Source: a virus (taxonomy: Duplodnaviria; Caudoviricetes). Taken from it: DNA of 56,880 nucleotides. Both the position numbers and the translations under genes were made by a program. The stretch's first letter is position 1. Every line of letters starts with the position of its first letter. The stretch spans positions 1-56,880 of the IMG/VR virus record IMGVR_UViG_3300025676_000022. The stretch is one strand, 5' to 3'. Below are positions 38,099-47,075 of the stretch, in pieces. The notes under the pieces are model-generated. The model was not told the origin of the DNA, made no database searches, and worked only from the letters and a program-made list of their open reading frames with translations.

Positions 38099-41000
38099 TT
38101 AGTCCTCTAAGTATTGTGTTATGTCGAAGTCTTTATCTTCGTAATATTCTCTGTTTTTATTCACTTCTTTTACAAATTTTTTATTTAAGGATTTTGAATT
38201 AAAAGGATTCCTTAATGAATTTTCATACGGATTAATTGCAAGAGCTGGGATATCTTTTACGTATTGAGACTTATTCCAGTCTGAAGCTAACTTAGCAGCT
38301 GCTTCTGCATTGTCTTCATACTTAGCTGTTCCTGGGCCAGTGCCAAGAAGAATTATTCTTTGTATCTCTTGGAATACATAACCTCTTCTGGTTTCCGCAT
38401 TGTCTCTATATAGTTTAGGTGGTGGCTTGCCTTCTCCTCCCAAAAATTCAGGAAGGTCTCCTTTATATGCATACCAAGATAGTGATGCATTTATCATACT
38501 TCCAAAAGTAGGTCCTAATTTTATCATATTTTTTCTAGTCTGTATATTTAAATCATGTTCATTGGTAGCAAAGTTCAATATACTATTTAGTGCTACAGTT
38601 CCTATTCTTTCAGCGTCATCAAGAAGTACGGGTTTAACTAAAAAAGATATAGCATTGAAAGGTTCATTGTTATCCACTATATCTCCATAGGCACCTAAAA
38701 CTCCTCCGGCAGCCATTGCAGAAGCAATTTCTTTTCCTGTTCCCAATTGAACGTATTTAGTTCTTTCTTCCTCGCTATTAAACCTCAAGTCTCCTGACAT
38801 ATATTTTAATAAATCTGCTCTAGCTTTTAAAGATATAGAGCCACCAATAGCACCACTAGCTGCTAAATAAAGAGGAGATAATATATTTCCATTAGCCATT
38901 TCATCTTGAACTATTTTAAGAGCATATTTAGATTGTCTTATAGGGAATCTTTTAAACAGCGTAAAAGGTTTAAAATAAGAATCATTTAAAGCTAATGCAT
39001 CTTTATCAAAGTTTCTTCCTTGTTGAGAGTCACTGGCATATGATTCCATACCTCTTAAAATCTTTTTTTTCATTTGAGCTTCTCCAGCATTTGCGGGATT
39101 ATAAGTTCTATCTATAATAGATTTCTTATATTTCAAAGCTTCATCTGCATCTATTCCAAATGTGTTTTTTAATTTATTCTTAGCATAAGCTTTTCTATTT
39201 ATTAAAGGCATTGTAGCAGTAACTTCTAAATTTTGAGCCAGCCCCATCTTTCCATCATACATCATCACTAGCTTTCTAATATAATCTTCAGCAGCAGCTC
39301 CAGCTTGCATTTTATTAAATAAATTAATTGCCATAAATGGTTTTGCTGCAAAATCTTTTGCCATTGTATACCAATCTTTTAATCCCATTTCACCTTTAAA
39401 AGTTTTTATAAAAGCTTGAGTAGGGTCTGAAAATTTTATTAACCTAGCTTGACCAATCTGTAAAGCTCTACTACCTCCTAAAATTTCATCAAACAAAGAA
39501 AGAGCTGTAACTCCGGATTGTTTTACCATGTCTCTAACCTGAGGGTTAAATACGTAATTAGTTAATCCTCTTACAACAGAACCTACTCCCAACTGAGGTA
39601 TTGTAGATATAAAAGCCTGAGTCATGTTTGGTATGGTAGCTGTACCTAAAGATATTTTACTTAACATTTCAAATTCCGAAGCAGCATAAAGTCCGTTTGA
39701 TAATAATCCTTGTCTAGTAAGAGCATCTTCACCAGTTATAGATTCTTTTACCAACCTAACAGCATCTCTTTCCTTAAATATAAACTCAGGTACATCAGCA
39801 CTTCCTGTTTTTTTGTTTAAAGAATTTTTTCCTAACCTTCTTCCTATAGCAGCACCAATTCCAGACATCTCTGCTCCTTCCGGTATTCTAGAAATTAATT
39901 TATCTAAAAATGCTCCGTCTGGCATAAATGTTTTTGATAGTTCAATACGTTTTGTAGAACCATTTATATAGTCTGTAAAAAGAGTTAATAAGTTTTTGTC
40001 TAACATCTTAGACTTAGACTCAACAAGTCCAGCTACAATATCTATAGTTCCAGCAGAACCCACTACTTTTCTAGATTTTTCAAGAGGAGCGTATACTTTA
40101 AATCCATCTGTATATATATTAGCATTTACAGCAGCCCAAACATCATACTCAGGTACGTCTGATAAAACAGAACCTTTTCTATCTAAAATCCTTCTTGTTT
40201 CAGTAAAAATTTCTCCAACAGCTTTTTTATTAGGGTCATTAGACTTGACTAATTTAGTAACAAAGTCTTCTACGCTTTTCTTTATTTTTGTTTTTGTTGC
40301 TTCGTCTGCATTCCTAAGAGCAACTTCGGGGTCTAGGGATAAGTCTCCTCTAGTAAGTTTCGATATTTTTTCGTTCAAGGAAAGTGTTTCAGTATAAATA
40401 GTATCTCTTATAGGTTTACTTATAACAAAAGGCATGTACCATTCTTTTCTTCCAGCAACCTTTATCTTTGCTTTTATAGCATCGTCGTAAGTCTCATCCA
40501 TTATGGTTTTTATCTGCTCTACTGTTTTTATTCTTCTTTGTAAGAAAGAAACTTCTTTATCTGTTAGGTTTCCTTTTTTAATCATTTTAGTAGCATTAGA
40601 TTTCATTGTAATTAGGTGCTTAGGATTTGCATCTAACAATCTATATTCATCAAAACCGGAAGGTATTGTTTTTCCATTACTAAGTTCTACTTTATTTCCA
40701 ACAATCCAATTTTCCATATTCTGATTTCTGAATGGATTATATCCTGTCATGAATCTAGGAAGAACTTTTCTCATACTAAGTACAGCTGTATCCATACCAA
40801 TTGCTTTTTGTAAATCTGTTATTCTTGTAGTAGCAGCAGTAACAATATTTCTATCTAACTTAGAAAGAAGTCTAACAGCTGTCCTAGCTGCAGGACTTTT
40901 TAAATCACTTCCTAAACTACCAACTAATGTTTTTCCAAAGTTTACAATAATAGATTCTCCTGCTACTCCAGTTATATCATCTATTACAGAACCAAATTCA

Positions 41001-42817
41001 TCTCTTATAAAATTTTCATGATTTTTAATAAACTGTATGTCTCCAAACTGTTCTGTTACTAATCTAAGTTCAACGTCGGTCATATCTTTTATCTTAGGAG
41101 GTTCTTTTAAGTTGCTCCATTTTTCAATATTATATTCATTAGCTGTATTTTCTATAGCTCTTATATAATCTCCTTCTTCTAATCCATTTTTACCGGCATT
41201 AGAGTCGGCTCTAAGTTGTCTTAAAGCTCTTCTTCTTTCTAATGTTAAAGCAAAATAACCTCTGTTTTTATCTTTTAAATTTTTAGCTAATGTAGGTTGT
41301 GAGGTATAATTCTTTAAAAACAATTCTGAGTTTACTTCATCTAAAGCGTATGTATTTCTTCCAATCTTTACATTAAACTTAGCTCCAGTTTCTGTAACTT
41401 CCAGGCTCTTTCTATCTATCTTTGCATCAAGGCTTGTAGGAATAGGTTCCGGTGCTCTAGTTTCTACAGTTATCTTACCTTTCTTTCCTCCTGTTTTTAC
41501 AGGTGAGCCAACTATTTCTACGTTAGCATAAGGTCCACTTGCCATACCAGCAGGTAATCTTTTTTTATTTAAATCTTTTATCGATAAAGAAACCTGTTCT
41601 GTTATTTTAGGGTCTCCTTTTCTTCCTGTCAACCTAATTAAAGGCTCTGATACTCTTTTGAACACATCTGAACCTTGTCTTAAATATCTTTGGAGCTCAA
41701 CAGATTCGGGTATAATTTCTGATATTTCATCCCAATTTAAACCTCTTAGTATTTTTCCATCAACCTCTGTTAAAGGTATACTTTTACCTTTTTTATAAGA
41801 AGCTCTTAAAGAGTTAAATGTACTTCTAGGTAATCCAGCTGCAGATGCAATACCTGCTGCTAGAACAAAATTTTGCATAAAAGGACTATTTTGTTCTGCA
41901 TCAAAATCTCTTTCATATATAAGTCCAGATGAAGCCATTATTGCTCCAATTTCTCCAGCAATTCCAGATTCAATTCCTCTAGATTTTCCTTTAGCTCTAC
42001 CGCTTAGTAGAATTCCTTTATTAGCCGTGCCAGCGTATTTAGCAGTACCAAAACCAGCTCCTCCTATAACACCAACTCCATAACCTCTCAAGTAATCTAG
42101 TGGGTCAGACTGTTTTCCAATGTCAGACATTATTGCTAAATATCTTTTATTTTTATCTTTAATCTTTTGATACTTAGATATATCAAATTCAGAATTTATT
42201 ACAGCATCTCTCATTTCAGCTGCTCCTGTATAAAATCCTTCCTGTGCTCCAAATGCACCCGCTTCTGTAAAAGCTATTCTAGAAACATTGTCTACAAATT
42301 CTTTTTTAGAACCCTTTGACATAAACCCTTTTTTTATCATTGTATTTGCTATAAATTCAGTTGCTTTTCTTCCACCCGCAATTTGTGCTACTTTACCAGC
42401 ACCAGCACCCAATCCTAATGTTGCAATATTTGAAGGGGTAGGTAAAAGAAAAGACGATGCCGCTACGCCTATATCATACATAATACCTCTATCAACAACA
42501 TCTCTATTTGGAACTCCAAATCTTTTGTTACCTGTTAATATTTCTTTAGCAATACCATCTATGCTGTTGTTATATCCTTCTTTTAAAACGTCAGGTAAGT
42601 ACTTATCCCAAAACTCTCCTATGCGTTCATCTTTAGATTTTGAAGCAAGGTCTATAGGGGTTAAATCATCTATAGATTTATATGTATCTACTTCCGTAGG
42701 AGTCGGGGAAACTCCAGCTGAAAAGTTAAGTGATAAAGTATCAGGTATGGTTACTTCCTGTTTTTTAGGAAGTCCTAACCCAGCTGAAAAATCTGGTTTT
42801 TTGTCTTGTTCTGACAT
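38099..42817 (-). CDS. large internal virion / DNA ejection protein
   Basis: 1572 aa, helical, G/A-rich hydrophobic patches, podovirus position after three smaller pilot-like genes. Confidence 0.7.
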   Translation of the reverse strand: MSEQDKKPDFSAGLGLPKKQEVTIPDTLSLNFSAGVSPTPTEVDTYKSIDDLTPIDLASKSKDERIGEFWDKYLPDVLKEGYNNSIDGIAKEILTGNKRFGVPNRDVVDRGIMYDIGVAASSFLLPTPSNIATLGLGAGAGKVAQIAGGRKATEFIANTMIKKGFMSKGSKKEFVDNVSRIAFTEAGAFGAQEGFYTGAAEMRDAVINSEFDISKYQKIKDKNKRYLAIMSDIGKQSDPLDYLRGYGVGVIGGAGFGTAKYAGTANKGILLSGRAKGKSRGIESGIAGEIGAIMASSGLIYERDFDAEQNSPFMQNFVLAAGIASAAGLPRSTFNSLRASYKKGKSIPLTEVDGKILRGLNWDEISEIIPESVELQRYLRQGSDVFKRVSEPLIRLTGRKGDPKITEQVSLSIKDLNKKRLPAGMASGPYANVEIVGSPVKTGGKKGKITVETRAPEPIPTSLDAKIDRKSLEVTETGAKFNVKIGRNTYALDEVNSELFLKNYTSQPTLAKNLKDKNRGYFALTLERRRALRQLRADSNAGKNGLEEGDYIRAIENTANEYNIEKWSNLKEPPKIKDMTDVELRLVTEQFGDIQFIKNHENFIRDEFGSVIDDITGVAGESIIVNFGKTLVGSLGSDLKSPAARTAVRLLSKLDRNIVTAATTRITDLQKAIGMDTAVLSMRKVLPRFMTGYNPFRNQNMENWIVGNKVELSNGKTIPSGFDEYRLLDANPKHLITMKSNATKMIKKGNLTDKEVSFLQRRIKTVEQIKTIMDETYDDAIKAKIKVAGRKEWYMPFVISKPIRDTIYTETLSLNEKISKLTRGDLSLDPEVALRNADEATKTKIKKSVEDFVTKLVKSNDPNKKAVGEIFTETRRILDRKGSVLSDVPEYDVWAAVNANIYTDGFKVYAPLEKSRKVVGSAGTIDIVAGLVESKSKMLDKNLLTLFTDYINGSTKRIELSKTFMPDGAFLDKLISRIPEGAEMSGIGAAIGRRLGKNSLNKKTGSADVPEFIFKERDAVRLVKESITGEDALTRQGLLSNGLYAASEFEMLSKISLGTATIPNMTQAFISTIPQLGVGSVVRGLTNYVFNPQVRDMVKQSGVTALSLFDEILGGSRALQIGQARLIKFSDPTQAFIKTFKGEMGLKDWYTMAKDFAAKPFMAINLFNKMQAGAAAEDYIRKLVMMYDGKMGLAQNLEVTATMPLINRKAYAKNKLKNTFGIDADEALKYKKSIIDRTYNPANAGEAQMKKKILRGMESYASDSQQGRNFDKDALALNDSYFKPFTLFKRFPIRQSKYALKIVQDEMANGNILSPLYLAASGAIGGSISLKARADLLKYMSGDLRFNSEEERTKYVQLGTGKEIASAMAAGGVLGAYGDIVDNNEPFNAISFLVKPVLLDDAERIGTVALNSILNFATNEHDLNIQTRKNMIKLGPTFGSMINASLSWYAYKGDLPEFLGGEGKPPPKLYRDNAETRRGYVFQEIQRIILLGTGPGTAKYEDNAEAAAKLASDWNKSQYVKDIPALAINPYENSLRNPFNSKSLNKKFVKEVNKNREYYEDKDFDITQYLED

Positions 42818-42818
42818 A

Positions 42819-43916
42819 TTATATGCCTAGTAAATTATAGTTAGCTGTTGTTATAAATTCTTGGTATTCAGGGCCAATGTATTCTAAAAATTGCTCTGAC
42901 ATATATTTTATATTTTTATCTTTATTTAAGGCTTCGGCTAATTTTTCTCTAGATAATTTAGATAGCTCAGGGTTTGATTCAATAATTAACCCTCCAATAG
43001 TATTAACAATCTCTTGTTTTCTATAAGGACCAACTTGTTGAAAGAATGTTTGCTCTCCTGGTTCTCTAAGTAGTATAGTAGATTTTATCTGTCTTAATGC
43101 TTCTTTTGCATTTTCAGTAGAAACTTTTTTAAAGTCTACAGACGCTTTCTCATATCTACTCTCATCATAACTGTATGAACCTGCTGGTTGTAAGTTTATA
43201 AATGTTTCTAAGTTGTCTGAAGTAGGAGCGTTAACTCTCTCATAATCTCCCATAACTTTGTAAAGAGATTTCATACTAGAATTAATTGTAGATGCAGTTA
43301 ATCCTCCTATTTCTTTATCATCAAATCCTAACTCATCGGATAAGCCATTCTTTTTATACATATTCATCATTTTTTCAAAATCTGAATAAGGTTGCAATCC
43401 ATTTTTTACTCTTCTAAGTGTTCTAGCAATTGCATTTTTATGCTCTGATATAGGTTGTGATATATCTGCTGTAATAGCAAGGTCAGAAGATATTTCTTTC
43501 AATGCACCTCTACCTTTATTTATAACATCCATCCAACCCTTAGAGTCTTTATATAAATCTTTATTGGTTTCTCCCACCATTCTATCTCGTCTTATGTCAT
43601 ATATAGAAGAACCATCATCTCTTATTCCAAGAAGTGCTTCTGCATTATTATAACCTTGCATGGTTCCTTTTTCTATTTCAGTTCTTATATCTACAAAGTA
43701 ATCTTTGTTAAAACTTGATTCCATTTTAACACTATTTTCTTGTTGTTTAACAAGAAGGTCTTTAGCATCTTTATTTTTATTATATTTAATCAACTCACTT
43801 TGTCTTTTATTTTTTGCGTTTTCTGTAGTAATATCTTTTAAAGTATCCATAGCTTTCTCAAGAGCTGTTTGTCCTAAAGATTTTGATAATGTTGGGTTTA
43901 TAACTGTTCTAGCCAT
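42819..43916 (-). CDS. internal virion protein
   Basis: Helical; GGAG SD before MARTVINP. Confidence 0.55.
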   Translation of the reverse strand: MARTVINPTLSKSLGQTALEKAMDTLKDITTENAKNKRQSELIKYNKNKDAKDLLVKQQENSVKMESSFNKDYFVDIRTEIEKGTMQGYNNAEALLGIRDDGSSIYDIRRDRMVGETNKDLYKDSKGWMDVINKGRGALKEISSDLAITADISQPISEHKNAIARTLRRVKNGLQPYSDFEKMMNMYKKNGLSDELGFDDKEIGGLTASTINSSMKSLYKVMGDYERVNAPTSDNLETFINLQPAGSYSYDESRYEKASVDFKKVSTENAKEALRQIKSTILLREPGEQTFFQQVGPYRKQEIVNTIGGLIIESNPELSKLSREKLAEALNKDKNIKYMSEQFLEYIGPEYQEFITTANYNLLGI

Positions 43917-44574
43917 TTTGTGCGTAATCTCCATATAAGTCAATTAATTGTTGATAGTCTTGCCCTATTAAACCTTGGGCAGCAGCATTAAAACTCATTC
44001 TATCTCCCATCCCTAATCTAGAATTAAAAGATTCTATGTCTTGTGCTGTAACAAGCCTTCCTTGATTCCCACCCGTTGGGTCTGCTTGAGTAATTTGTAA
44101 TGCTCTTGTTGTTGAATCTCCTAAGAAAGATGTAAACATACCTTGTAATGCACCATACTGACTACCTAACTGTTCTTGAGTAGCAGTTCTTTTTTGAGAA
44201 GTTTGTCTTGCTAAGTCTCCATATGATTCACTTCCAGCTTGTCTTGCCATGCTCATCAATCTATCTTGAGCTCCACCAGTAAGACCGCTAGGCTTTCCAG
44301 CTTGTTGTATTTTCTGAAGCTCAGACTGTAATCCAGTTCTTTGTCTTCCCGCTTGGAATCCAAACTGTTGTTCAATGCCTCCCATTAAAGAAGACTCCAA
44401 TCCTTTTAAGGACTGTATACCTTCTTGATACCCTTCTATGTCAAAAGGAGAAAAGAATTGTCCATACTCTCCACCAGAACCATAGCCAAATCTTTGACCA
44501 GGGTCTTTAAGAGCGTCCATAGAAAGACCTCTTTCTTCTAATAATTGTTCTAATGTTTTATATTCTATAGCCAT
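43909..44574 (-). CDS. internal virion (pilot-like) protein
   Basis: G/Q/A-rich low-complexity helical sequence. Confidence 0.55.
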   Translation of the reverse strand: MAIEYKTLEQLLEERGLSMDALKDPGQRFGYGSGGEYGQFFSPFDIEGYQEGIQSLKGLESSLMGGIEQQFGFQAGRQRTGLQSELQKIQQAGKPSGLTGGAQDRLMSMARQAGSESYGDLARQTSQKRTATQEQLGSQYGALQGMFTSFLGDSTTRALQITQADPTGGNQGRLVTAQDIESFNSRLGMGDRMSFNAAAQGLIGQDYQQLIDLYGDYAQNG

Positions 44575-45242
44575 TATTCTTCTATCCCTATATTGTATAA
44601 ACTTCTATCTCCTAAACCATAATTATTGCTTCTAAATGTATTAAAACTATCATTGTTAAAAATATTTCTAGTAGCATCAACTACTGGAGCTTTATCAGTC
44701 TCTTTAGCTTGATTTCTTAAAAAATCCATAAACGAAGTTCCCTCAGAAACAGTTCCAGCTAATTCTGCTGCTTGATATCCTCCATATAAACTAGTAGCTG
44801 TTGAAACTAAATCATTAAAGAAAGAACCTTTTAATGCTTGCGATACAATATCTCTAGTCCCTTGTATAGATGAAAGTAAGTCTTTTCCTGCTTGGTCTGC
44901 AAATAGTCTATCTTCAAATCCTGGAGCCGCCTTATTTATATCAAAAGTAAATTTAGGTTTTTTTCTAGCTCTTCTAGCACCAAATCCTAAGATAGCTAAA
45001 GGAACTGCTGCTCCCGGAATAATACTACCTAAAGTTTGTAAAGTATCAATCTTTGCTCCCTTCTCTCCATAGTCTTGAATGTCTAGTCCTACATCATCTG
45101 CTGCTTCTTGATATGCCCTACTTCCTTCTTTTATAGATTTCTCTGATTCAAAGATAGAGCTACCTAACATTCCTAGTGTTTCTTTTTGACCTAGCTGTTG
45201 GTCTGCTCTTAATCCAGCTAATATTTGTGATAATGTTGCCAT
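44574..45242 (-). CDS. internal virion (pilot-like) protein
   Basis: G/A-rich with hydrophobic LGSIIPGAAVPLAILGFG. Confidence 0.55.
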   Translation of the reverse strand: MATLSQILAGLRADQQLGQKETLGMLGSSIFESEKSIKEGSRAYQEAADDVGLDIQDYGEKGAKIDTLQTLGSIIPGAAVPLAILGFGARRARKKPKFTFDINKAAPGFEDRLFADQAGKDLLSSIQGTRDIVSQALKGSFFNDLVSTATSLYGGYQAAELAGTVSEGTSFMDFLRNQAKETDKAPVVDATRNIFNNDSFNTFRSNNYGLGDRSLYNIGIEE

Positions 45243-45790
45243 TATATTTTTCCTTTTGTTAATAATAAAAAATGTTCTACACTACCAGCACCTTCAACAG
45301 TGTTGTAGTGTTGTTTCCAATACTTTGCTAATCCTTCGGGACCAGGCTCGATAGCTTCTGGTACACGCCAGTACTTAATCCTACAGTGCAAAACACCAGC
45401 AGCAATATTAGTACGAAGAATCCAATCCCAATTATCAGGCTGAGGGTCAATAAAGTGATAAGGGTCAATTCCAAGAATATCTGCAGCCCTTTGCATAAGT
45501 TCAGGCCTAGCCGATATAAAGTTCTTGCAATTGTCGACAGCTGTTTCAGGTTCCACTTGCCAGAAACTTCTAGCAGGACCAGCTCCAATTTGTTCAATGT
45601 ATTCGTACTTGCTCTCCACAAGTCCAGTTGCATAGACAATATCCAAAGCCTCAGCTTTCGCATACTTTTCTCCTAACTGAACGCATACATCTTTAATAAG
45701 ATTTTTAATCTGAGTACTATCTACGCTCATTGGTTCTCCTTTTATTGTAAGTAAAAACATTACAAATATGATTTGTATGTACCTCACCAT
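45242..45790 (-). CDS. lysozyme-like / lytic transglycosylase-type protein
   Basis: TGLVES (catalytic Glu position), GPARSFWQVEPET, N...G, YWKQHYNT. Alternative starts at 45787 (GTG) and 45730 (ATG with AGGAG). Confidence 0.6.
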   Translation of the reverse strand: MVRYIQIIFVMFLLTIKGEPMSVDSTQIKNLIKDVCVQLGEKYAKAEALDIVYATGLVESKYEYIEQIGAGPARSFWQVEPETAVDNCKNFISARPELMQRAADILGIDPYHFIDPQPDNWDWILRTNIAAGVLHCRIKYWRVPEAIEPGPEGLAKYWKQHYNTVEGAGSVEHFLLLTKGKI

Positions 45791-45793
45791 AAG

Positions 45794-45823
45794 AAAATAA
45801 TAAATTATTAGTCTTTATGTCAA
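45794..45823 (-). promoter_or_regulatory. promoter TTGACA-N18-TATTTT
   Basis: Twin of 93..122. Confidence 0.65.
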
Positions 45824-45834
45824 GTATTTTATCT

Positions 45835-46479
45835 CTATAAATCATTATTATCTATTATTAATTGTGGTGCGTAATAAATATTACCTTCACCTTTTAAATA
45901 CCAATCTATTCTAGCTTTATCTGGTATTTCAAGCTCTACTTGTTGGTATGTAATTCTTTCAGTCCTATCGAACTGCTCTAACTCGTGTCTCTTATGATAT
46001 TTCTGCTCTCCTGAATATTGACTTTCTTCAGATAAGAAGTTACTATACCAAGTTAATATAGTACCTACTTTACAATGTTGTATAATACGACTTGGAAAAT
46101 GTCTTTTATTTAACATATCTCCAAAACCATCATAAAATACTCCATCATACTTTTTATCTGTAGGTATATCATCGTACCAGTCACCTTTAACTGGTATTAC
46201 ATTAGGCTTATCTTTAGCCCACTCTACTAAATTAGCATATATTCCATCATTAATTTCAACTATAGTATGAGATTCAATATCGTGCTCTTGTATTAATCCA
46301 GCACTAATACCCATACCAAATCCAAATTCTAATATATGTCCACCATTAGCACACACCATATCAGCGTGTTTCTGCATTATAGGTGTTTCCCAAGTTGACA
46401 TTACATCCCAACCTAGTTTCTCATCTATAATACAATCATCTTTAATTGTATATGTTGCAGTTGCAGCATAACCCTTCAT
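45835..46479 (-). CDS. SAM-dependent methyltransferase, GAMT/RMT2 family
   Basis: VMSTWETPIM, GGHILEFGFGMGISA, HTIVE, KGDW, YDGVFYD match the guanidinoacetate/arginine N-methyltransferase pattern. Confidence 0.85.
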   Translation of the reverse strand: MKGYAATATYTIKDDCIIDEKLGWDVMSTWETPIMQKHADMVCANGGHILEFGFGMGISAGLIQEHDIESHTIVEINDGIYANLVEWAKDKPNVIPVKGDWYDDIPTDKKYDGVFYDGFGDMLNKRHFPSRIIQHCKVGTILTWYSNFLSEESQYSGEQKYHKRHELEQFDRTERITYQQVELEIPDKARIDWYLKGEGNIYYAPQLIIDNNDL

Positions 46480-46832
46480 CTACCTCCACCTCCACCTTCT
46501 TCGTGTTGTCCACCTATACAATGGCTCATATGAAAAGGTGCAGTGCCTATATTCAAAGCATCTGCTGCTGGTATAGCTGTTCCACCACTAGATTGTAATG
46601 GATTATTAGAACCTCCATAGTTATCCATAGTGTCTGCTGCACCACCTACACTTTCAAAAGAATAAACCTTGCTATCTCCTGAAACTCCAGTACATAGTCC
46701 TTTTAGACTAATATTTGTCATTTGATTTCCACCTACCGTATGGTCGGTATCTTCTAATCCACACGCTTCTGATAAAGCTGCACCATTATAAGCCAATCCT
46801 ACATTAGTATTACCTACTACTGGTAAACCCAT
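46476..46832 (-). CDS. small fibre-associated protein, paralog of 154..444
   Basis: Shared motifs, same gene order. Confidence 0.75.
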   Translation of the reverse strand: MGLPVVGNTNVGLAYNGAALSEACGLEDTDHTVGGNQMTNISLKGLCTGVSGDSKVYSFESVGGAADTMDNYGGSNNPLQSSGGTAIPAADALNIGTAPFHMSHCIGGQHEEGGGGGR

Positions 46833-46834
46833 GA

Positions 46835-47074
46835 TTAACCTTTAATTGCTTTATAAGCTACAATGTCTGCTTTTAATTCAACTACTCTTGCTTCAGCTGA
46901 TACTAATTGTGCTTCTGCTTGTGAAATTGCTTCATCAACACCTTTAACTTCAGTTGAATCAACAACAGTAACATCTTTACCTGCTGCATCTTTCATTACT
47001 CTAGTATGTTTGATTTCAACTTGCTTTTCTGCTTCTGCTACTACATTTGTTTTTGCTGCTATTACTTTAGCCAT
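46835..47074 (-). CDS. small coiled-coil protein, paralog of 447..695
   Basis: Identical [23 protein letters not shown]. Confidence 0.8.
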   Translation of the reverse strand: MAKVIAAKTNVVAEAEKQVEIKHTRVMKDAAGKDVTVVDSTEVKGVDEAISQAEAQLVSAEARVVELKADIVAYKAIKG

Positions 47075-47075
47075 T

